From Candidatus Poribacteria bacterium (GTDB lineage Bacteria > Poribacteria > WGA-4E > WGA-3G): DNA of 64,000 nt. This document shows positions 9,601-16,428 of the stretch, piece after piece (the first letter of the stretch is position 1; every line of letters starts with the position of its first letter). The notes below the pieces were generated by a model. The model saw only the letters and a program-made list of their open reading frames with translations, ran no database searches and was not told where the DNA came from. The DNA lies in NCBI GenBank assembly GCA_965198235.1, contig OZ240248.1:2336001-2400000 (forward strand), given 5' to 3'. The translations under genes were made by a program, and so were the position numbers.

Positions 9601-11296
9601 AGAAAACTTTCCAGAAACTTGTAGAGTTATCATAGTACCAGAGGCGAGTGAAAAAGTAGGTGAGGCTTGGCCAAAGAAAGAATGGAAGCGAAGGGTCTTT
9701 GCTAACAAACTTTTCGAGGTGTTGGGGTTCATCATCGATAAGGAGGACGCTAATTGCATAGTCAAAGAGGATGTTATGAGAAAAAGCAATCCGCTGTCCA
9801 GTCGATGAGACCTTTGCCAAAATTCCATCACTCTGAAGTTTATCCCAGGCGGTTTTTCTCACTGGATTATCAAGGTCCACATCGTCATAAATGTCGTCCA
9901 CCTTGACTGTCAATGAAAGTTCCTTAACCATTCGGTGCGAGATTCGACGCAAAACGCGCTCGCTGATTTCATTCTCAATTCGTTGTTGCCAAAACCGATC
10001 CAGTAACTGGACTTCAGAACGAATCTGACTTAAAGTGGCTAGATCCGCATCCAGTAAGTTCTTTAGAATCTTTTCTAATAACCAGAGGTTGAAGGGATTT
10101 GCGAGGATATTTTTAAAGTCCTGAGAACCAACATTGTAGATAGACTTTGGACATCCAATTTGGTCAAATGCTTGTAGAATTTCGTCCTCATTGAAAGGTG
10201 GGATTGTGAAATGTCGGCATAAAATTTCGTCGTTAGCATTTTGGGTTTCGATATCATCAGGATTGCCAAACGAGTCTAAGAGTTCTTGGGATTTTTTTCC
10301 ATCATAAGTTCGCACTGTAACGATGATATTCCACGAGTCGTTGAGTTCATGAATTGCACGCCGAATCAGATTTAAGAAATGTTTACGGATCTGTTCATTT
10401 CGGGCGGCATCAAAGGCATCAAACAGTAAAATTGCTTTCTTATTTGAAACAGGGACGGATTTTAACTTTTCAATTATATCGCCTTTGTATAATAATTCAT
10501 CCTGTAGGTCTTCGGCAGTGCCATCCCCGAGTCGATCAATTGGTAGTAGTAGATGCGGTATTTCAGCATCTTTTAGACCTTGACAAAGTTCTTTCAGCAA
10601 GTACGTCTTCCCGACTCCCGGACTCCCGATAATGACCCCGTTTCCTCGCGAGGCAAAGTCCCGCAAGTCATTGCATAATTCCTCTCGGTCTATTTTTATC
10701 TTTCCCGATGCTTCTCCCCATAAGTTATTGACCTGTTCTAGCCAATCCAGTATATCCTGTGGTTCGTCACTCTCCTGTCCTTCACCGAAATGTTGTTCAA
10801 GTATATGTTCTACTCTGCGCGTCTTTTCCAAAGGAAACCCCAAGATTTCTCTGAGCAAGTCTTGATAATCACGTATGTCATTTTTCTTATCAAAGGTGAA
10901 TTTACCTTGTATTATTTCGTCAAATCCTTCCCCTTGATATCTGCTTTGTTTTTCTGTCAGAATATAGATGACGAGATGGTCGTACTCTTCGTACAGTTTA
11001 TGAGTAACAAATTTTTCTAATGTATCTTTTATTTTTCGGGAAGTAGGTGTTGACGTAATCTGGTACGCCGTTCTTGTTTCTTTATCACCTAAATCTATCG
11101 CCGGAAAATTGGAACCTTCTGATACATTCAAATTTTCCAAATTTGTATGTCCGTAGATTTCTGAAAATAGCGGGATGAGTACATCTTCAGAAACGCGATT
11201 GATGTATAGTTCATCCATTTCTATCGCACCTTTAACCTGAGCCATAAACCTTGACATCAATTCATTGATTCTAGCGCGACATTTTTTCAAATTCAT
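6626..11296 (-). CDS. SMEK-domain STAND NTPase, Avs (AVAST)-like antiphage protein
   Basis: N-terminal NLN..SNFPAIDLGD..YQITS (SMEK); Walker A GSPGVGKT; Walker B LLFDAFD; NPFNLWL; about 1000-aa helical C-terminus ending GWSDALKLVWRLDEVFR. Confidence 0.75.
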   Translation of the reverse strand: MNLKKCRARINELMSRFMAQVKGAIEMDELYINRVSEDVLIPLFSEIYGHTNLENLNVSEGSNFPAIDLGDKETRTAYQITSTPTSRKIKDTLEKFVTHKLYEEYDHLVIYILTEKQSRYQGEGFDEIIQGKFTFDKKNDIRDYQDLLREILGFPLEKTRRVEHILEQHFGEGQESDEPQDILDWLEQVNNLWGEASGKIKIDREELCNDLRDFASRGNGVIIGSPGVGKTYLLKELCQGLKDAEIPHLLLPIDRLGDGTAEDLQDELLYKGDIIEKLKSVPVSNKKAILLFDAFDAARNEQIRKHFLNLIRRAIHELNDSWNIIVTVRTYDGKKSQELLDSFGNPDDIETQNANDEILCRHFTIPPFNEDEILQAFDQIGCPKSIYNVGSQDFKNILANPFNLWLLEKILKNLLDADLATLSQIRSEVQLLDRFWQQRIENEISERVLRRISHRMVKELSLTVKVDDIYDDVDLDNPVRKTAWDKLQSDGILAKVSSTGQRIAFSHNILFDYAISVLLIDDEPQHLEKFVSKDPSLPFFLWPSLTYFFTRLWYYDNSTSFWKVFWYILPCYQSVHLRLVARLIPTSVIANEARVVDQLTPLLEELQNGEDIANEAIKRLFQALRTLQIERDAVWIDFFDQISADLHSDFAWDLATLTSDILGRAIKTKNSDVIDTCGQIGRRFLEWVWQKRETSEGDWYNRLGGCWAVPLVAKTYHTNIEESRALLEKVLELPQEDNFPIDFLSWLTDHVDDIWDHDPEFVTLTYSTVFKHQEFSDLKTSFSSSSSVLPMTSTRRQDYGLCYYRLIKHFPDFLRAAPLPATQAAIRSLNAFIVKEHIIGYLKEGVTPEDLIDTFNFRGKLVYFVEDSSYIWDQREYPDEPIEMADALFEFIRELAMSEDPCLDILLDVFRDEVVVAFFWKRLLKTAAQFPKVFAPRLFELCIAEPIQRYPETFYELGLFLETTAVEFMPDQLRQIEESILVYPTEATDEDHRNLLERQRNRLLVQIPQNLLRTDAAKKIREGMARENDVPENRPLVSVGPVTWSEYTEEEHFQRQGVDTTTPENQALQRFSGPLNKFSSDWQNGKPTVEVSELILPQLQEAYAVLKSDTEVNKEVIDSLWHKLTACVAILGRVANNLESESFTFCRRVLLDGAKHENPEPNPRYDNQFNSPGYSPFPRHEAAAGLLRLAFHQSDAEMLDAIETLASDPVPSVRMVTAMELFRVYNTNSERFWHIMDNRAMHERNHIVQEPLYAALTSVVGHRKENEDKIAQIMAKLLQHTPLPSRILGASDPFISLLMGLAINRENSWALKTIEDTFLKDPIRFANLLARAVSHVMENYVVPKHLEAPDRLEIVKRAIATVSEVITTVSGQIKGMSSIIKANESEEVVKKLHDTYKVIDEVIMRLYFTVAYKKDKSEQPVEEIPYELRYRFYSEVKPLMEQIITFAQDSENGIMFAPTAHYFMQLLTSFLSCNPKEVLHLAAGVVRSSERFGYNLDGLAVRDVVEFVEIVLADYRHEVRNDEECLKDLLNLLDMFAKTGWSDALKLVWRLDEVFR

Positions 11297-11454
11297 TGAA
11301 CAAACACCTCATGTATAGCAAATTCGCGGATTTTGTCAGCTTATAAGATAGCAAGTGCCATGCAGTAAGACCTTCTAACTGCACGGCACAGCGATTACCC
11401 CTTAACAAAATAATAGCACATTTGACTGGAAGAATCAAGGTAAAATCAAGATAA

Positions 11455-11650
11455 TATAAACATGCCGCCCTTATAGGGCTGAAGAAATGTAAGGACGCAT
11501 TTCTATAAACATGCCGCCCCTACGGGGCTAAGAAGGGAAGATACGCTTTTCTATACAGATGCCGCCCTTATAGGACTGAGGAAAGGCAGGAACACGCGTC
11601 TATAAACATGCTGAAGAAACACCCAAGCAAATAAACCCTACGGGACTAAA
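11455..11650. repeat. degenerate tandem array of palindromic repeats, period 48-49 bp
   Basis: TATAAACATGCCGCCC(T/C)TA(TA/CG)GG(G/A)CT units start at 11455, 11504 and 11552, with a truncated unit at 11601. Confidence 0.85.
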
Positions 11651-11806
11651 GAGGCTTATCTTTAGATACAACGTGCGTTTTGGAAATTAGGCGAAGTTGG
11701 GAAATCTCGCTAGCAAAGGAAGGTCCCTTTGTTCGCTAAAGTGTCCATACATTTAATGTCTACAATCCTGAAAATCCTAAAATCTTGTAAATCCCGGTTC
11801 AGACAA

Positions 11807-14800
11807 TTACAACGCGGGCAACCTCGCAACAATATCCACCGTCTCCAAACTGACGGTAATCACTTTTCCAATCAATTTGACAATGTACTGCGGGTCGTCG
11901 GGGCGGTTCGGGTCATTGACGATGCCGCTCCGTTTATCTGTCTTGACACGATATTGGTCCACTATCCACTCTAATGCAGAACGGGTGCCGAGTCGGTAAT
12001 CAAAAGCCTTTGGAGGAATGTTGCTAAGTGTCAGAAAATCGTTGTAGATAAGCGAGGTCTTGTCTTTGGAGAATTTCATTTTCTCCACACGCCAATTGAG
12101 CGGAACATCGGGATTTTGAACGAACCTGAGTTTATCGTATTCGGGTTGGGATTCATAGTTGACGTGGAGATCTGCGAGTCGCGCGCCTGCCTTTGCAAAT
12201 CCCCAGAAGTCTTTGGCAAACGGAATATGCGGCAGATCGCGCTTGAGGTTCGCTTCATATTTCTCGCGATAGTCGGGGTGATGTAAGAGTCCATAGTTGT
12301 AGTGGAAGATGTCCCACTTGGTGATGGTGTCGTCTTGGTAGTGGGTTCGGAACTCTGCCAACGCCCAATCGATAATGTTTTCGCGGCGGTTTGTGCCATC
12401 CTCGTTGTAGGTGTAGAAGGGAAAGCATTGAGAACCACCTTGTGGCAATTGATCGGGAAATTGGTTGACCATCAGCCCAAACATCGGCCATTCTCCACCG
12501 ACCTTAAGCCATATCACCCGATTTTCCAGTTCTGTCTCTGGTGTAGGAAAAATAAATGGAAATACAAGTACCCTATCATTCATCATTCGATCAAAATAGA
12601 GATTGGACTTCGCAAAAGGGCGATAGAAGGACTGTCGGATTTTTGCATCTGTGAATGCCGCGATTTGCCCACCTCTTAGTTTTTGTTTTAAGGTTGAACT
12701 CCACTTAATTTTCGTGTCATTAGACAACACAAAATTATCAAGGTTAGCATCTCGATCGCTCCTTTGAGCCCAACGAGCAGCTTCTACGTTGTAGTTTCCA
12801 ATCATCCTATTTATATTTTTAATAAGCGCGTTTCGGTTGAAATTGTAAACCCATGCATCGCGATTAGTTTTCACACCGCCGCTGTAGGTTTTGAAAATCA
12901 CATCGATAGGGTCATCTTTTACCGCCTTTGCTGCCTTATTTCCGATCGGAGTAAAAGTTTCAAATTCAGCGTGGAGACCCTCGGTGAGCCATGTATGTCG
13001 CGCGTCCGGTTGAATAGATTTCCATTCAATCCCACCCGTATGCTGACGTTCAGTGAGAAAATCAAATTTTTGTTTTCTGTTCCATAGGTCATCGGTGCGA
13101 TAGTAAAAAATACGAGGCGATTCTGATGGTTGCTTCTGCTTCTTCACAAACAGGTTGATGCTTACACCGACCCGAATTCCAAATACATTCGCATCAGAGA
13201 CCTTCAATCCGCGCCGTGCGTTTCCACCCAAATCCAAGATATAAATCGCATCGCAATCTGCTGCAAGGTGTTTTCGCATGCCATCGAATGCCAATCCGTC
13301 AAGGAAACTGTTGTTTGTTACGAAGGCGACAACGCCTTCCTCGCCAATCCTATCCAACGCCCATCGAATCGCCTTGACATACGGATCGTAAAGCTGACGC
13401 CTGAGTGTCGCTTTGGAATCTTTTGCGTATGTATCCTTAAGCGACTTATCCATCGTCTTATGCTCCCTGTTTTTGTTGTTGTCGTTCTCATTAATCTGAC
13501 CGACATTATAGGGCGGATTGCCGATAACGACGAACATTGGGGTCTCCTTCTGCTTCTCGGCGCGTGCGGTGTTGTCGGGCGTAAACAGTTGCAGTTGCTC
13601 CCGGTCCTCTGCCAACTCAAAGGTATCCACGAGACATAGACCTTCGTAGGGAACATACCGGTTTGTCGCTGTATAGAACTGATGCTCAATGTTGAGGCTG
13701 GCGATGTAGTAGGGTAGGAGCATCACCTCGTTGCACTGGAGTTCTGGCGGATCAGCAGTGTATTTGCGTTCCAGTGAGATAGGGTCGAGTGCTTGCATGA
13801 TGCGGACGATGAAGTTGCCGGTGCCGACGAACGGGTCGATGATATGCACACCCGTATCCGAAAGTGAACGGTCGAACTCGGTCTGCAAGATGTGTTCAAC
13901 GCTTTTCACCATGAAATCGACGATCGGTTGCGGGGTGTAGACGATGCCGTGTGTATCGGCAACCTTGATGGAGAACCCCTGAAAGAACTGCTCATAGACG
14001 GTATTGAGAAAACTCTGTTTCTGTGAGAAGTCCGTGATGGTCGCAGCGGTTTTCTCAATCGCAGCGTAGAACGGCTCCAAGGGACGCAGAAATTCCGAGC
14101 GATTCAACGTGCGCTCGGTGAGTACATCAATGACAGTTTCAATTTCACGGGCGATAATATTTCGACGCGTAAAGTCGGGATTATCGAAGACAGTGCGGAA
14201 GATCCGTTCTGTCAATAGGTGCTGGATGAGCATCTCCTCTACGGCGGCAATGGAAAGATTTGGATTAATAGAGGCTTGGCACTGCTGATGAAAACCGGTG
14301 AAGGCTTCCTGAAAGTGTGGGTTGTTCTGGCGTTCCGTTTGGATTAATGCTGCCAATTTGTCACCGAGTTCCGGTACCGTCTCTCTGAATTCTGCGACGG
14401 CGGTGTGCCATGCTGAAATGTTCTCTTCTTGGTAGGCGAAAAAGGTTTGGAGAACGTGGATGAGGTTTCTCGGTTCGCTGATGTCAAGGTCAAGTTGTAG
14501 TCGTCCGTGTTGATAGAGGAGTGCGTGGGTTGGTGATTGGATAACGATGTTTTTCGATGGGTAGCCTGCAGCGAATTTCTTGTCCGCTTCAGCGTACAGG
14601 TTGTCTTGTGTGTCTTTTGCCTCCCAGTAGCCGTGTGGTAAACCGTAGGTATCGACGACTTCACCGTCAGGTATTATTCGTCTTTTCTCTGGCGTGTAAT
14701 GCGTCTTTTCACAGAGGAGGGTGAGGTCGGATTGGTGGCAGTAGTGCTGTAGCAGGTTCTGGAATGCGGCGCGGACGGTGCCTTCGTTTTCTGCGCCGTG

Positions 14801-14875
14801 TTGGGCGTATTTTTCGAGTTCAGCGTAATATGTTTTGATGGATTTGTGTGTTGGCTTGATATTGAAATCTGACAT
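11807..14875 (-). CDS. single-chain Type IIG restriction-modification enzyme (nuclease + N6-adenine MTase + Type ISP-like C-terminal specificity domain)
   Basis: PDG...WEAKD nuclease motif; GIVYTP, DPFVGTGNF (motif I), GNPPY (motif IV), YRPF; no helicase motifs. Confidence 0.85.
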   Translation of the reverse strand: MSDFNIKPTHKSIKTYYAELEKYAQHGAENEGTVRAAFQNLLQHYCHQSDLTLLCEKTHYTPEKRRIIPDGEVVDTYGLPHGYWEAKDTQDNLYAEADKKFAAGYPSKNIVIQSPTHALLYQHGRLQLDLDISEPRNLIHVLQTFFAYQEENISAWHTAVAEFRETVPELGDKLAALIQTERQNNPHFQEAFTGFHQQCQASINPNLSIAAVEEMLIQHLLTERIFRTVFDNPDFTRRNIIAREIETVIDVLTERTLNRSEFLRPLEPFYAAIEKTAATITDFSQKQSFLNTVYEQFFQGFSIKVADTHGIVYTPQPIVDFMVKSVEHILQTEFDRSLSDTGVHIIDPFVGTGNFIVRIMQALDPISLERKYTADPPELQCNEVMLLPYYIASLNIEHQFYTATNRYVPYEGLCLVDTFELAEDREQLQLFTPDNTARAEKQKETPMFVVIGNPPYNVGQINENDNNKNREHKTMDKSLKDTYAKDSKATLRRQLYDPYVKAIRWALDRIGEEGVVAFVTNNSFLDGLAFDGMRKHLAADCDAIYILDLGGNARRGLKVSDANVFGIRVGVSINLFVKKQKQPSESPRIFYYRTDDLWNRKQKFDFLTERQHTGGIEWKSIQPDARHTWLTEGLHAEFETFTPIGNKAAKAVKDDPIDVIFKTYSGGVKTNRDAWVYNFNRNALIKNINRMIGNYNVEAARWAQRSDRDANLDNFVLSNDTKIKWSSTLKQKLRGGQIAAFTDAKIRQSFYRPFAKSNLYFDRMMNDRVLVFPFIFPTPETELENRVIWLKVGGEWPMFGLMVNQFPDQLPQGGSQCFPFYTYNEDGTNRRENIIDWALAEFRTHYQDDTITKWDIFHYNYGLLHHPDYREKYEANLKRDLPHIPFAKDFWGFAKAGARLADLHVNYESQPEYDKLRFVQNPDVPLNWRVEKMKFSKDKTSLIYNDFLTLSNIPPKAFDYRLGTRSALEWIVDQYRVKTDKRSGIVNDPNRPDDPQYIVKLIGKVITVSLETVDIVARLPAL

Positions 14876-15136
14876 CTATTTTCTCCGGACGTTGTCGGTG
14901 AACGAGACAATGCCAAATTATACATGGATCAAGGTAGAATTGCAAGAAAATTTTATTGTATGGGGGGCATTATAGTGGGATATACAATCACTTGGACATT
15001 TATTGTTCATAACCTTTCCACAAGGGTAGTGCTGTATATACACCAATATTATCAACGTATAAAACGTTAGATTTCAAAAATCGTTACGTTTCTGGGGCAG
15101 CGAGCAGTGATGCCTCTTGATCTTCAGCGGAAAATG

Positions 15137-15165
15137 TTGACATTGAAACACTCATACCATATAAT
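15137..15165 (+). promoter_or_regulatory. consensus sigma70 promoter
   Basis: TTGACA-17 bp-TATAAT. Confidence 0.75.
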
Positions 15166-15225
15166 TTCCTTGAAATTAACACGGAGGCATCCAAAAACGG
15201 GAATCAATCATCCGATTACCAGCCT

Positions 15226-15570
15226 ATGAATCCATCCGAAACACAGAAATACTCCGAAGAATACTTAGAGCAGTGCCGTCACCCTGAGATTCAGGCACTC
15301 CAGCCCAAGGTAGAAAACATCGAAGGGATATGGATACCAACCGCCGAACAACTACAGCAACTCTTGAAGCAGAAACTCCCATATCCAGACAGGTCTGTTT
15401 TCCACCAGACCGCGAACGGTTGGGAATACGAGACCTATTTTCGTGAATGGGCAGCCGATTACGGCACCTATATTGATACACACCGACAGTTTGTTGGAAC
15501 CGATGCAGAGACCGTGCTTTTGCAGGTGTTAATGGCACTCCTTGGTATCGGAGACCGATGGATGGTGTGA
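15226..15570 (+). CDS. hypothetical protein
   Basis: 114-aa ORF downstream of a consensus promoter; no recognised motif. Confidence 0.65.
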   Translation: MNPSETQKYSEEYLEQCRHPEIQALQPKVENIEGIWIPTAEQLQQLLKQKLPYPDRSVFHQTANGWEYETYFREWAADYGTYIDTHRQFVGTDAETVLLQVLMALLGIGDRWMV

Positions 15571-15616
15571 TTTGTATGGCGAAGTTTGTGACAGAGACAA
15601 AAGAGAGGACAATACA

Positions 15617-16327
15617 ATGACATTTGAAACCTTAATGAAGACAATTAATAATTATGGAGAGGCAGGTCTTGTACATCTGGACACTCTGACTGCACTTCTG
15701 AATAATACATTTGGTGATTGGCTCGCTTCACAAGGTGTAAGCCGTATTGACATGCTGTCCCCCACATGTTTGTGGTTCACCGTGCAAGGCGAATTAAAAC
15801 AGACACACTCAGTGCCAGGAATTGAATTATACGACCGGTTTTTCGTCGTTGACAGAAAGGAGGTGCACAAAAATCCGGAGGCAATAGCAGATGCACTCAA
15901 ATGCTATAGTTCAGATGGCGATGGTGCTTATGTCTGGGTCGTTCCGGATGGCTACATGGCAGCGTTAACCCCGGCGGAGCAGGAATGGGAAGAACATGGC
16001 GGAGGATATTTTTCGCATGAATCTATATGTATCTCTAATACCGCTGATAGAGGGACGTGTTGTCTACTTGAAGTGCTTTATGAAGATCCGACGTTGGAAA
16101 ACGTCTCCTGTGAATTCGAGGTGCCAGCGCATCGTTCAGTGCATTATCGGCTTGATAAACTCAAGCGTGAAGACGGCGAACCGCTCATTGCCAAAGATGC
16201 CCCTGTTAGTTACAAAATCACAAGCCGAGACACACGGGTTGTCGTCCAAGGTTCGCGAATCCTAACGAGCGGTGAAAACAGCACATTTGCCAGTTTTGGA
16301 ACAGTGATGGCGTGGTGCCCGCAGTAG
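15617..16327 (+). CDS. protein with C-terminal sensory rhodopsin transducer (ASRT)-like domain
   Basis: WVVPDGY, SHESICISN, VPAHRSVHYRL, VVVQGSR parallel ASRT motifs; start after GAGAGG. Confidence 0.7.
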   Translation: MTFETLMKTINNYGEAGLVHLDTLTALLNNTFGDWLASQGVSRIDMLSPTCLWFTVQGELKQTHSVPGIELYDRFFVVDRKEVHKNPEAIADALKCYSSDGDGAYVWVVPDGYMAALTPAEQEWEEHGGGYFSHESICISNTADRGTCCLLEVLYEDPTLENVSCEFEVPAHRSVHYRLDKLKREDGEPLIAKDAPVSYKITSRDTRVVVQGSRILTSGENSTFASFGTVMAWCPQ

Positions 16328-16428
16328 CAGCCGCCTTTAAAAGAACGGCGAGGTTAGAAGTCTCGCCAGCGAAGGGGATAAGGTAAAGCGGTTTCGGCGG
16401 AGAACCTACCACGTCAAGAGCGGATGCT

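Noticed and set aside
11455-11650. CRISPR array
   Set aside because: Repeats are degenerate, linkers are short and related to each other, and there are no cas genes in the window
11807-14875. True Type ISP enzyme
   Set aside because: Too short and lacks SF2 helicase motifs; only the C-terminal region is ISP-like
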